From contig JAQIBO010000280.1 of assembly GCA_027859055.1 (NCBI GenBank), positions 1 through 41,561 on the forward strand: a stretch of 41,561 nucleotides of DNA. Reading direction: 5' to 3'. The notes beneath the pieces were generated by a model that did not search any database, was not told the origin of the DNA, and was given only the letters and a program-made list of their open reading frames with translations. Made by a program: the position numbers and the translations under genes. Origin of the DNA: Spirochaeta sp. (GTDB lineage: Bacteria > Spirochaetota > Spirochaetia > DSM-27196 > Alkalispirochaetaceae). Positions 1 to 9,625 of the stretch are shown one piece after another. Every line of letters starts with the position of its first letter. The first letter of the stretch is position 1.

Positions 1-347
1 GGATTACGCACCGAACGTATCATGGAGAAATCGACCGCGCGTTTCACGACAGCCAGAACAAGCAGCCACCCAAACAGAAACGCGCCGATAAGCACGAGCG
101 CGTCGGTGGTAATGACCGATGACCCGTGGTCGAGAATGTGGTATACAAAGAGCGCCCCCAGCGCCGAGAACAGGGCGGTGACGATATGGACAACCATCGA
201 GTACAAGTGCCGCCACGGTGCCTCACGGCCATCGTAGACACCATGAATCAGACTCAGGGCAAAAACGACGACGGGTACAACAATAAGGGCTATGTAGACG
301 CTCAGTCGGTACCGCAGTACCAGGTCAAATAATACTTCGATGGTCAT
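1..347 (-). CDS. Hypothetical multi-pass membrane protein, 3' end cut by the window edge
   Basis: Not in the ORF track. Manual translation from ATG 347 (alternative ATG 362) gives MTIEVLFDLVLRYRLSVYIALIVVPVVVFALSLIHG...LLVLAVVKRAVDFSMIRSVRN with no stop and about 3 hydrophobic segments. Confidence 0.65.
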   Translation of the reverse strand, partial: MTIEVLFDLVLRYRLSVYIALIVVPVVVFALSLIHGVYDGREAPWRHLYSMVVHIVTALFSALGALFVYHILDHGSSVITTDALVLIGAFLFGWLLVLAVVKRAVDFSMIRSVRN

Positions 348-404
348 GATGGTTAGCTTCATTGTAAACGAGAAGGAAAGGGCAGGCAACGATTGAATAT
401 ACTG

Positions 405-1340
405 ATGCTTGGTCAGATCGCCGCTTTGGGCACCGCAATGTGCTGGACCGTAACCAGCGTCTCCTTTGAGGCGGCAGGAAAGCGGGTCGGAAGCTTCCAG
501 GTCAATCTGATTCGCCTCGTGATCGCGTTTGGAATCTTCACGGTCTACGCAACCGCGGTCCACGGCAAACCGCTCCCAATCGACGCCGGTGCCCACATCT
601 GGATCTGGCTGTCTTTGTCAGGCCTGGTCGGATTCGTCCTTGGTGACCTGTTCCTGTTTCAGGCGTTTGTCGATGTCGGTGCGCGAACCGCGATGCTGAT
701 CTATTCTTCGGTCCCGCCGATCACGGCGATTATCGGGTGGCTTATCCTCGGTGAAACGCTGACGATTTCACAGATCTTCGGGATGGTTGTCACCGTGTTG
801 GGGATCATGATTGTCGTGACGGTACGGAAAAAGATTCCCGCGCCGGAACTCGCCACCCCTGCGATTGGACGTCCGGACCACGCCGCGGATCGTCGTCGTC
901 GACACCACCGCGTCCGGGGTACCTGGTTCGCGTTTCTCGGCGCGCTCGGCCAGGCGTTTGGCCTGGTACTCAGTCGCTACGGCGCTCCAACGTACGATCC
1001 GTTCGCAGCCACCCAGATCCGTGCGCTGGCGGGCGTTGTGGGTTTTGCCCTTCTGTTTTTTTTCACCCGCCGGTGGCACCGGATCGGCGTTGCCCTGCGG
1101 GACCGGCGCGCCCTGTTTCTTATGACCCGCGGAGCGTTCTTTGGTCCGTTTCTGGGGGTCTCCCTGGGACTGTACGCGGCGCAACGTGCCGGCACCGGCA
1201 TCGCCGCAACGCTGATCGCCACCGTTCCCGTTATTCTCATACCCGTCGCGGTGTTCAAGAACCACGAGCACGTCACCGTGCGCGAGGTTTTCGGCGCCGT
1301 TGTGGCGGTCGCAGGAGTGGCAATTCTGTTTCTGAGTTGA
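405..1340 (+). CDS. DMT/EamA-family transporter
   Basis: About 10 TM segments in two EamA-like halves (LGETL, EHVTVRE). ATG 405 preferred over TTG 393. Confidence 0.85.
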   Translation: MLGQIAALGTAMCWTVTSVSFEAAGKRVGSFQVNLIRLVIAFGIFTVYATAVHGKPLPIDAGAHIWIWLSLSGLVGFVLGDLFLFQAFVDVGARTAMLIYSSVPPITAIIGWLILGETLTISQIFGMVVTVLGIMIVVTVRKKIPAPELATPAIGRPDHAADRRRRHHRVRGTWFAFLGALGQAFGLVLSRYGAPTYDPFAATQIRALAGVVGFALLFFFTRRWHRIGVALRDRRALFLMTRGAFFGPFLGVSLGLYAAQRAGTGIAATLIATVPVILIPVAVFKNHEHVTVREVFGAVVAVAGVAILFLS

Positions 1341-1353
1341 ATACCCGGCCCGA

Positions 1354-2082
1354 TCACTTCCCTGCCGGACCGGCGCCCAGCCGATGCGCAACCGTCAGCG
1401 CGCTCTCAACCATGTCGTGGAAGCTCGACTGCCGCGCCGCGGAGCTCATCTCTTCACCGGTTACCAGGCTGTCACTTACGGTGAGGAAGGTGAGGGCTTC
1501 CACGCCGTACCGCGCCGCCAGCGTATACAGCTGGTTTGTTTCCATCTCTATGGCAAGGACACCGTGGGTCTGCCAAACTTTCCAGAGGTCCGGATCGTCG
1601 TTGTAAAAGGTGTCGCTGGAAAGGATATTGCCCGCCAGAAACGGCAAGCCCTTCGATTCCAGAACGTCGACGGCGGTGCGGAAGAGATTCCACCCCGCCG
1701 TGGCTGCGTAATCCATGCCGTGAAAGCGCATGCGGTTCATGGCGCTGTCCGTTGAGGCTGCCATCGCCAGTACGATATCCCGCAGATGGAGCGACTCCTG
1801 AATAGAGCCACACGATCCGATTCGTATCAGCCGCTTGGCGTGGTAGGCGGTGATCAGTTCGGTGGCGTAGATCGCCAGACTGGGCATACCCATCCCCGAG
1901 CCCTGCACCGATACCGGCACCCCCTGGTACGTCCCGGTAAACCCGAGCATTCCCCGCACCGCGTTGTATTGGGTGACGTCTTCAAGGTAGTTCTCGGCGA
2001 CAAATTGCGCCCGCAGCGGATCTCCCGGCAATAGAACGGTCTCCGCAACAGCGCCGTCGGGCGCCCCGATATGGATACTCAT
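1354..2082 (-). CDS. deoD: Purine-nucleoside phosphorylase, DeoD type
   Basis: MSIHIGA, LLPGDPLRA, VRGMLGFTG, GSGMGMPS, RIGSCG, IEME motifs. Confidence 0.95.
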   Translation of the reverse strand: MSIHIGAPDGAVAETVLLPGDPLRAQFVAENYLEDVTQYNAVRGMLGFTGTYQGVPVSVQGSGMGMPSLAIYATELITAYHAKRLIRIGSCGSIQESLHLRDIVLAMAASTDSAMNRMRFHGMDYAATAGWNLFRTAVDVLESKGLPFLAGNILSSDTFYNDDPDLWKVWQTHGVLAIEMETNQLYTLAARYGVEALTFLTVSDSLVTGEEMSSAARQSSFHDMVESALTVAHRLGAGPAGK

Positions 2083-2147
2083 CTCTCGTTCCTCCTCTGT
2101 GCGTATAGCGATGTCTGCGCCGTCAACCGGTGCACCGATTCGCCGGT

Positions 2148-3155
2148 TTACCCGATCTGGCCGGTGAGCCAGACGGTTACCTCGCCAATTTCCCCGTCCC
2201 GCTCCGGTATCCGCGCCCGGACGGTGTCGAGGCGACGGGCGATCTCGTCCGCCGTATACCGGGCACCCGGCAGCGCCTCCTCAAGGGCGGTTATCATCTC
2301 CGGATCCATCGCGTCGGAGTAGATTTTGCTCTCCGTCACCGCTCCTCGACGAACGTCCAGGTGAATATCGATGCCGCCCCAGTCAAAACGCGTCTCCGCG
2401 TGGTGGGTGAAGTCCGGGGTGCGACCGAAACGCCACTCCCAGTCGGACATCTGGCGGTAATACGCATCAAGGGAGGGAATCTCGCGCAGGGTCTGCTCGT
2501 CCAGCGTTTCCGGCTCGCAGCGCTTTCCGTGAAAGGCAAAAAAGCTCTCCATCACCGCGTTGCACACCGCTTCGTGGTCCAGGGTCGCGTCGTACTCGGT
2601 CAGATTGGCGACCCGGGAACGCACCGATTTGATCCCCTTTGAGACAAGCTTTTTTTTGTGCGGGTTGAGATAGTCCACCAGGCGGCCCAGATCCGCGTCT
2701 ATTAACAGCGTCCCGTGGTGAAAACTGCGTTCCCGAGTGTGCTTGAAGGCGCTTCCGGAGATCTTGCGTCCGTCGGTCAGGATATCGTTTCGCCCGGACC
2801 GTTCCGCAACAACGCCAAACGTGGCAAGGGCGCCGATAATGATCTCGAAATTGGCGTCCTGATTGTAGCCGTCGGCGGCGGAGAGAAATGTGAAATTGGT
2901 GTTTCCCAGATCGTGAAAGACCGCTCCGCCACCGCTCTGGCGCCGGGCGAGGTAGACGTTGTCGGCTTCCATCTTGTCAACTTTGCACTCCACCCAGGGA
3001 TTCTGGTGACGCCCGATGACGACTGTGTTATCGTTACGCCACAAAAAGAGGGTATGCGTGTGCGGGTCCAATTCGCGAAAAATCCAATCCTCCGTCGCCA
3101 GATTGAACCAGGGGTTCGTGATGTCTGATAACAGGACGCGTACGTTCGTTTCCAT
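2148..3155 (-). CDS. lplA: Lipoate-protein ligase A
   Basis: NPWFNLATED, VVIGRHQNPW, RRQSGGGAVFHDLGN, KISGSA, HHGTLL, WEWRFG. ATG 3155 chosen because the longer start overlaps pth. Confidence 0.93.
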   Translation of the reverse strand: METNVRVLLSDITNPWFNLATEDWIFRELDPHTHTLFLWRNDNTVVIGRHQNPWVECKVDKMEADNVYLARRQSGGGAVFHDLGNTNFTFLSAADGYNQDANFEIIIGALATFGVVAERSGRNDILTDGRKISGSAFKHTRERSFHHGTLLIDADLGRLVDYLNPHKKKLVSKGIKSVRSRVANLTEYDATLDHEAVCNAVMESFFAFHGKRCEPETLDEQTLREIPSLDAYYRQMSDWEWRFGRTPDFTHHAETRFDWGGIDIHLDVRRGAVTESKIYSDAMDPEMITALEEALPGARYTADEIARRLDTVRARIPERDGEIGEVTVWLTGQIG

Positions 3156-3170
3156 ACCGTTGTACCTACT

Positions 3171-3731
3171 ATGAAGCGCACAGGAAATCAAGAGATCGAG
3201 TTAATCGCATTCCTCGGAAACCCGGGGACGCAGTACCGTCGCACCCGTCACAACGTGGGGTGGATGGTCATACCGGAGCTGACGGCTGTGCCGGAAACGG
3301 CGTGGAAAGAGAAGTTTCACGGACGGTTTGTGAAAGATGGAAATTGCGTGTTACTTGCCCCGGAAACCTACATGAACAACAGCGGCCGAAGCGTGCAGGC
3401 GGCGGCGGCGTTTTTCGGTGTTTCTCCGGCGGGTATTCTCGTGGTTCACGACGACATGGAGACACCGTTCAGGACGGTGTCTCTCACCCGCGGCGGCGGC
3501 CACCGCGGAAATAACGGTGTGCGCTCAATTGCCCAGGCGCTGGGAAGCCCCGATTTCTGGCGGTTGCGCCTCGGTGTCGGACGGCCTCCCGGCGGGCGCC
3601 GCCCGGGAGACTGGATCCTTGAGCGCTTCACTCCCGATGAGGAGGCACGTCTGCCGGAGTTGATCGCCGCCGCCGCAGAGATGATTCGGGACAACGCAGC
3701 GAAGCCCGAGGAACGGGTGGGAGGGGTGTAA
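3171..3731 (+). CDS. pth: Peptidyl-tRNA hydrolase
   Basis: LGNPG..Y..TRHNVG, PETYMNNSG, VVHDD, RLRLGVGRP. Confidence 0.92.
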   Translation: MKRTGNQEIELIAFLGNPGTQYRRTRHNVGWMVIPELTAVPETAWKEKFHGRFVKDGNCVLLAPETYMNNSGRSVQAAAAFFGVSPAGILVVHDDMETPFRTVSLTRGGGHRGNNGVRSIAQALGSPDFWRLRLGVGRPPGGRRPGDWILERFTPDEEARLPELIAAAAEMIRDNAAKPEERVGGV

Positions 3732-3807
3732 GAAACCTTTTCGGGCTTTTTGAGGGCTTTTGCAAAGATCACTATTACGTTATCGTGGGCGGCACAAGGA
3801 ATTATCT

Positions 3808-5343
3808 GTGAATAGGTACCGCTTTTTTATCCGTCTTACCGCGGCATTCTTCGTATGTGTCACCGGTGCTGTGTTTGCGCAAGAGCCGGCGTATCGGATC
3901 ACCGACATCTCCTACGATACCGAGGGTCGTACCCGTGTCTGGGCGCTTAAGGACATTCTGGATCTGGAACCGGGGCTGACGTTCGCGACGATCGCAGAGC
4001 TGGAGGAGTTCCTTGCCCGGCAGGAGCAGATTCTGCTGAATCAGCGTATTCTTCAGAATGCCTCGGTGAACTATACGGTCACCCCGGAAGGTGGGCAGGT
4101 TGACGGTTCGCCTGACGCCGCGCCTGAGGATGACACCCCGGCGGACGGTGCCGACGCTGAACCGGGACAAATCAACGATGTTTTCGTACAGGTGACTACT
4201 CGGGACACCTGGAACTTCATCATTCTGCCGTACTTCAAGTACGACTCCAACACGGGTCTGCTCCTCAGCCTGCGGACCCGGGATTACAACTTTTTTGGTA
4301 CCAACCAGACCCTTTCCATAGACTTTGACTACGAACGGACCGACGAGGAAGAGGATCTCTTCACGATCGCCGCGGACTTCCGGTTACCCTTTAATCTGTT
4401 CGATCGCCGGTGGGAGGCGATCGTGGAACAGAAACTGGAAATAGAGGACAGTGATCTCGATTTTGAACTGTCCACCGGTCTGGGGTATTACTTTGAATTT
4501 CTGGGACTGGATTGGAACGCGGTGTACACCGAGTCATACCGCTATCTGACCGAGGACCCGGAAGAGGACAACTCCTTTTTTACCAGTTCGTTTGACCTGG
4601 GCAGCACGATCGACACCGGCCTTGATATCCCCGCGTTCGGACCGCTGAACTACCTGCCAAATGCGTATACGGAATGGAGCTACCGCTCCGGGGGCATCAG
4701 CGAGGAGCGCCGTGGTCTGACCGTCGGTTTTGAGCACGCCCTCGCCACCGGTGACTATGACTGGATCGGTAACTACCGGGACGGCCAGTCCGTGAGCGTC
4801 GGGAACGACAACGCCTACAACATCCGGAAAGAAGAGTGGAAACGGGAGGTCACCACGGAGGCGGCGGTCTACCAGGCGTTGTGGCAACCGTCGGAAGATG
4901 TGTGGCCAAAAGCGGGTCTCAGCGCCGGCTTTTCCGGGTTTTACCTGATCGATGGCGCCGACGAGGAACAGGACGATGCCGCGAAGGCGGCGCGCGGTGT
5001 TCTCAACGATACGATGAACGGCGATCTCGGGCTGTTTCTGAATCTTGACGCGATAATCACGTTCTGGACGCTGGAGCCGATCTTTGAGGCTCAGTTCGGC
5101 ACCTTTTTTGATATCGCCTACGTCCGCGATCTTCGCGGCGACTTTTACGAGAAGACGGCATTTGACGCCAGCCGCGATCTGCGCTACGGCGCGGGTATAG
5201 AAATTGTGGGATTTCCGCTCTTTGCCAGAAGCCTGTACGTCCGCGGGTCCCTCGGATTCGATCTGGTAGAGATTAACGAGGGTGCAGCACCACTGTCATC
5301 GGACGCCCGGGAGATATTCATCGGCCTGGGCCACCATTACTGA
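3808..5343 (+). CDS. Probable Omp85/BamA-like outer-membrane beta-barrel protein with one POTRA-like domain
   Basis: GTG 3808 after AAGGAA; signal peptide ending AVFA; POTRA-like segment; DTWNFIILP..RDYNFFG barrel-start pattern; C-terminal aromatic beta-signal IFIGLGHHY. Confidence 0.6.
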   Translation: MNRYRFFIRLTAAFFVCVTGAVFAQEPAYRITDISYDTEGRTRVWALKDILDLEPGLTFATIAELEEFLARQEQILLNQRILQNASVNYTVTPEGGQVDGSPDAAPEDDTPADGADAEPGQINDVFVQVTTRDTWNFIILPYFKYDSNTGLLLSLRTRDYNFFGTNQTLSIDFDYERTDEEEDLFTIAADFRLPFNLFDRRWEAIVEQKLEIEDSDLDFELSTGLGYYFEFLGLDWNAVYTESYRYLTEDPEEDNSFFTSSFDLGSTIDTGLDIPAFGPLNYLPNAYTEWSYRSGGISEERRGLTVGFEHALATGDYDWIGNYRDGQSVSVGNDNAYNIRKEEWKREVTTEAAVYQALWQPSEDVWPKAGLSAGFSGFYLIDGADEEQDDAAKAARGVLNDTMNGDLGLFLNLDAIITFWTLEPIFEAQFGTFFDIAYVRDLRGDFYEKTAFDASRDLRYGAGIEIVGFPLFARSLYVRGSLGFDLVEINEGAAPLSSDAREIFIGLGHHY

Positions 5344-5363
5344 CACGACGGCTGCTGACGCGG

Positions 5364-6299
5364 TTACGATTCCACCCGATAGCTGTCCAGGCCGAGGTTC
5401 CGGCATATATCGATCGTCGAGCTCGAGTTGTTCAGGGTGTACAGGTGTATGCCGGGAACATCTGCGTACAGAAGCTCCGCAATTTGCGCCGTCGCCCAGT
5501 GCGTTCCGACGCGGCCTACCGCCTCGTCGTCCCGCGCGCGGGACACTGCCCGCAGGAGCGGCGCGGGGAACCGGGCACCCGCCGCGAGATCGGCCATTCG
5601 CCCCATCCCGTGGCGACTGGTAATCGGCATAATACCCGGAACAACCGGAACGTTGATCGCCGCCAGCCGGAGGCGTGCCATATAGTCAAAGTAGTCACGG
5701 TTATCAAAGAACAGCTGCGTCACGATGTAGTCGGCACCGGCCTCCACTTTGGCCTTCAGCAGTTCGATTTCGCGCAGCCGGTTGGGGGTCGCCGGATGAC
5801 CCTCGGGGAATCCCGCCACACCGATGGAAAAGTGGGGATACTGTTTTCGGATATAGGCGACAAGGTCCGCCGCATGGGGGAAATCACGGCTGCCTTCACC
5901 GTCGGTACCGAGGCGCTCTGTCATGGCGGTACGAACCTCGGTATCCGCGGGCGGATCGCCGCGCAAGGCGAGGATGTTGTGCACCCCCGCCCGGTCGTAT
6001 TCAGCGAGAATTGCGTCGATCTCATCCCTGAGGGACCCGACGCAGGTGAGGTGCGCAACCACGGTGAGGCCAAACTCCTCCTGAATGCGCGTCACCAGTT
6101 GGTGAGTCTGTTTCCGGGTTGAACCCCCGGCGCCGTAGGTAACACTGACGTACGCCGGTTCCAGCGGCAGGAGCTCCGCTCCGATCGTCCGGAACAGCCG
6201 CCCCCAACCTTTTTCCGTCTTTGGCGGAAAAAACTCAAAGCTGAAGATCGTCGGTTCGGCGCTGAGCAGCTCGGCAACGCGGGGTGTCATGTGCGCCAT
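5364..6299 (-). CDS. metF: 5,10-methylenetetrahydrofolate reductase
   Basis: FSFEFFPPK, VSVTYGAGGS, AHLTCV, LALRGDPP, TQLFFDN, PGIMPI, HLYTLN. Confidence 0.96.
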   Translation of the reverse strand: MAHMTPRVAELLSAEPTIFSFEFFPPKTEKGWGRLFRTIGAELLPLEPAYVSVTYGAGGSTRKQTHQLVTRIQEEFGLTVVAHLTCVGSLRDEIDAILAEYDRAGVHNILALRGDPPADTEVRTAMTERLGTDGEGSRDFPHAADLVAYIRKQYPHFSIGVAGFPEGHPATPNRLREIELLKAKVEAGADYIVTQLFFDNRDYFDYMARLRLAAINVPVVPGIMPITSRHGMGRMADLAAGARFPAPLLRAVSRARDDEAVGRVGTHWATAQIAELLYADVPGIHLYTLNNSSSTIDICRNLGLDSYRVES

Positions 6300-6307
6300 T
6301 GTTCAGA

Positions 6308-7474
6308 TCAAACCGCATTCTGCAGGGCGTCGACTTTGTCGGTTTTTTCCCAGCTGAAGCCGTCGCGGCCAAAGTGACCATACGCCGCGGTAGACCGGTA
6401 GATCGGTTTAAGCAGATCCAGGGTCTTTACGATTCCCCCGGGGGTAAGGTCAAACGTCTTTTCCACCGCCAGGGCGATCTTTTCCTCCGGTACCGTTCCG
6501 GTTCCGAACGTTTCAACCATGACGCTCACCGGAAAGGGAACGCCGATCGCATACGCCAACTGAAGCTCCGCCCGGCGCGCGAGGCCGGCGGCGACGATAT
6601 TTTTTGCCACGTACCGCGCCATATACGCCGCGGAGCGGTCAACCTTACTGGGATCCTTTCCGGAAAACGCGCCGCCGCCGTGGCGACCCATCCCGCCGTA
6701 GGTATCCACGATGATCTTGCGCCCGGTGAGACCGGTATCCCCGTGGGGACCGCCTACAACAAACCGACCGGTGGGGTTCACAAAAAACCGCGTCTTATCA
6801 TCAAGAAGACCCGTGGGTTCCAGAATCGGGCGGATCACGTTGGTAATCACCGACTCGCGAATCTGGTCATGGGTCACCTCGGGATCGTGCTGGTGGCTGA
6901 TAACCACCGTATCGATCCGCTTCGGGGTGTTTCCGTTGTACTCCACCGTGACCTGGCTTTTGGAGTCCGGGCGCATCCAGGTGATCTCCCCGTTCTTGCG
7001 AAGGTCCGCCGCGTGACGAAGCAGCTGGTGGGCGTAACTGATCGGCGCCGGCATCAGTTCCGGCGTCTCGTCGCAGGCATAGCCAAACATCATACCCTGG
7101 TCGCCGGCGCCCTGCTGGCCCTCATACTCCTTGAGGCCGCTTCCGGCGACACCCTGGTTGATGTCGGCGCTTTGCGAGTGAATCGTACTCATGACGCTCA
7201 TCGACTCGTAGTCGAGACCGTACGCCGGATCGTCGTAGCCGACGCGCTTTGCCACGCCGCGGGCGACCTCCTGAACATCGACATACGTATTGGTGGTGAT
7301 TTCGCCACCGACCAGGACCATTCCGGTGGTGGTAAACGTCTCACACGCAACATGACTTGCGGGGTCATCGTTCAGGCAGGCGTCAAGAACCGCATCACTG
7401 ATCTGGTCGGCAAGCTTGTCCGGGTGGCCTTCACTGACGCTTTCAGAGGTAAACAGATATCGTCGATCGCTCAT
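6308..7474 (-). CDS. metK: S-adenosylmethionine synthetase
   Basis: [49 protein letters not shown]. Confidence 0.98.
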   Translation of the reverse strand: MSDRRYLFTSESVSEGHPDKLADQISDAVLDACLNDDPASHVACETFTTTGMVLVGGEITTNTYVDVQEVARGVAKRVGYDDPAYGLDYESMSVMSTIHSQSADINQGVAGSGLKEYEGQQGAGDQGMMFGYACDETPELMPAPISYAHQLLRHAADLRKNGEITWMRPDSKSQVTVEYNGNTPKRIDTVVISHQHDPEVTHDQIRESVITNVIRPILEPTGLLDDKTRFFVNPTGRFVVGGPHGDTGLTGRKIIVDTYGGMGRHGGGAFSGKDPSKVDRSAAYMARYVAKNIVAAGLARRAELQLAYAIGVPFPVSVMVETFGTGTVPEEKIALAVEKTFDLTPGGIVKTLDLLKPIYRSTAAYGHFGRDGFSWEKTDKVDALQNAV

Positions 7475-7486
7475 CGCTGCTTCTCC

Positions 7487-8959
7487 TTAGTACCGATACC
7501 AGTCGGATTTGAACGGTCCGTCTACCGGCACGTTGATGTAGTCCGACTGTTCCGGCGTCAATTTACTCAGATGAATACCCAGTTTTTCCAGGTGAAGCCG
7601 GGCAACCTCTTCGTCCAATCGCTTGTCCAGAACACGAACTCCCGGTTCGTAGGCGTCACGGTTCTTCCACAGGTCGATCTGCGCCAGTGTCTGGTTAGTG
7701 AAACTGTTACTCATCACGAAGCTGGGGTGTCCCGTGGCGTTTCCAAGGTTCACCAGGCGACCTTCACTAAGCAGGTAGATTTCGTGACCGTCGGAGAAGT
7801 GGTATTTGTCCACCTGTGGTTTGATCGTATCCCGGGTCACGTCCTCGGCGGCGTTCAGCGGTTCCACCTGGATTTCGTTATCAAAATGGCCGATGTTCGC
7901 CACGATCGCCTGGTTTTTCATCCGGCGCATGTGATCAACGGTGATGATGTCCCGGTTTCCCGTCGCGGTCACAAAGATATCCGCTTCCGGAAGTGCTTCC
8001 TCGAGCGTGTTGACTTCAAATCCTTCCATCGACGCCTGAAGCGCGCAGATCGGGTCGATCTCGGTAACGATTACCCGTGCTCCCTGGCTTCGGAGGCTCT
8101 GGGCGCTGCCCTTTCCGACATCGCCATATCCGCACACAAGCGCGGTTTTTCCGGCGATCATCACATCGGTTCCGCGCTTGATACCGTCAATCAGGCTTTC
8201 CCGGCAGCCGTACAGATTGTCAAACTTGCTTTTGGTAACGCTGTCGTTGACGTTAATCGCCGGAACAAGGAGCGATCCCTCTTCGGCCATCTTGTACAAC
8301 CGGTGAACGCCGGTGGTGGTCTCTTCGCTGACGCCGCGCCATTCCGAGGCCAACGCGGAGAAGTACTCCGGGTCCTGGGCGTGTACACGCTTCAGAAGCG
8401 CTTTGATCACCGTCTCTTCGTGGCTTCCGGAGGGCGTATTGACCCAGTCGGAACCCTTTTCCAGCTCCACGCCTTTGTGAATCAGCATGGTGGCGTCGCC
8501 ACCGTCATCGACGATCAGGTTCGGCCCCTTACCGCCGGGAAAGCTCACCGCGTTGAGCGTCATCTCCCAGTACTCTTCAAGGCTTTCACCCTTCCAGGCA
8601 AACACCGGCGTTCCCGCCGGGTTTTCTACCGATCCGCCCCGTTCCGGCCGTCCGACCGCGATCGCTGCCGCCGCGTGGTCCTGGGTGGAAAAGATGTTGC
8701 AGCTCGCCCAGCGGACATCCGCTCCCAGCTCCACAAGCGTTTCAATCAGTACAGCGGTCTGAATCGTCATGTGCAGGCTTCCGGCAATCCGTACCCCGGC
8801 AAGCGGCTTTTCAACGCCGTACTTCTCGCGCGTTGCCATAAGCCCGGGCATCTCGTACTCCGCCATGATGATTTCTTTACGCCCCCAGTCGGCCAGGGCA
8901 AGGTCTTTAACGCGATACGGGACGTCGGTCGTAACCGGTCCTGTTGTCTGTGTCTTCAT
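7487..8959 (-). CDS. ahcY: Adenosylhomocysteinase
   Basis: [54 protein letters not shown] 8959 has AGGAG RBS. Confidence 0.97.
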   Translation of the reverse strand: MKTQTTGPVTTDVPYRVKDLALADWGRKEIIMAEYEMPGLMATREKYGVEKPLAGVRIAGSLHMTIQTAVLIETLVELGADVRWASCNIFSTQDHAAAAIAVGRPERGGSVENPAGTPVFAWKGESLEEYWEMTLNAVSFPGGKGPNLIVDDGGDATMLIHKGVELEKGSDWVNTPSGSHEETVIKALLKRVHAQDPEYFSALASEWRGVSEETTTGVHRLYKMAEEGSLLVPAINVNDSVTKSKFDNLYGCRESLIDGIKRGTDVMIAGKTALVCGYGDVGKGSAQSLRSQGARVIVTEIDPICALQASMEGFEVNTLEEALPEADIFVTATGNRDIITVDHMRRMKNQAIVANIGHFDNEIQVEPLNAAEDVTRDTIKPQVDKYHFSDGHEIYLLSEGRLVNLGNATGHPSFVMSNSFTNQTLAQIDLWKNRDAYEPGVRVLDKRLDEEVARLHLEKLGIHLSKLTPEQSDYINVPVDGPFKSDWYRY

Positions 8960-9130
8960 ATATCTAACTCCTATCATTGGTTTGTAACGTCTTTGTTCAA
9001 ACGGTGAACAACGGTCGCTATAGAGTACACGTTGCATCGGTCTATCGGCAACAGTTGGCGACTTTTCTTCAGCTGCGTGGTCTCACACTGGTAATTTCAG
9101 CATCCGCCGTCCCGGTATCGGCAGACACAC

Positions 9131-9166
9131 AAAACGCCCGTCGAACTCCATAGAGTCCGGCGGGCG
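9131..9166 (-). terminator. Intrinsic terminator/attenuator hairpin between gcvH and ahcY
   Basis: Minus strand CGCCCGCCGGACTC-TATG-GAGTTCGACGGGCG followed by TTTT. Confidence 0.65.
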
Positions 9167-9220
9167 CATTATATGACGGTTATAATCGTTTTTCAGGCCT
9201 GACTACCAAGTCGCTGCGGT
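9131..9220 (-). promoter_or_regulatory. Candidate SAH-riboswitch-like cis element upstream of ahcY
   Basis: GCAGCGAC-TTGGTA-GTCAGGCCTGA resembles the SAH aptamer core. A 3' GCGCCC overlaps the terminator. The canonical 5' strand is not evident. Confidence 0.35.
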
Positions 9221-9610
9221 TCAGTCGTTAAGACCTTCGGTAAACGTCTTGTACGCAGCTGAGTCCATCAGGGAGTCGAGCTGGCTCGGATCGGTCATTT
9301 TCACCTTGATAATCCAGCCGTCGCCAAATGGATCTTCGTTGACCTTTTCCGGGGTGTCTTTCAGTACCTCGTTGGCTTCGACAACCTCACCGCCGGCGGG
9401 CATGTACAGATCGCTTGCAGCCTTGACGCTCTCAACGACGCCAAACGCATCGCCCTGCTTCATCGTGGTCCCAACCTCAGGAAGCTCGACAAAGACAACA
9501 TCCCCCAGTTCATCCTGGGCGTAGTCGGATATCCCGACGGTCATGACATCTCCGTCCGCGCGTGCCCACTCGTGACTTTCCTGGTACCGTACTGTTTCAT
9601 CAAACTTCAT
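9221..9610 (-). CDS. gcvH: Glycine cleavage system H protein (lipoyl carrier)
   Basis: SHEW, GISDYAQDELGDVVFVELP, VESVKAASDLY with the lipoyl Lys; AGGAG RBS. Confidence 0.97.
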   Translation of the reverse strand: MKFDETVRYQESHEWARADGDVMTVGISDYAQDELGDVVFVELPEVGTTMKQGDAFGVVESVKAASDLYMPAGGEVVEANEVLKDTPEKVNEDPFGDGWIIKVKMTDPSQLDSLMDSAAYKTFTEGLND

Positions 9611-9625
9611 CGTGCTCTCCTCTTT

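Noticed and set aside
6284-9007. 907-aa + strand ORF
   Set aside because: Antisense shadow of metK and ahcY, which share a frame. No recognisable motifs, and such ORFs are expected from GC-rich codon bias
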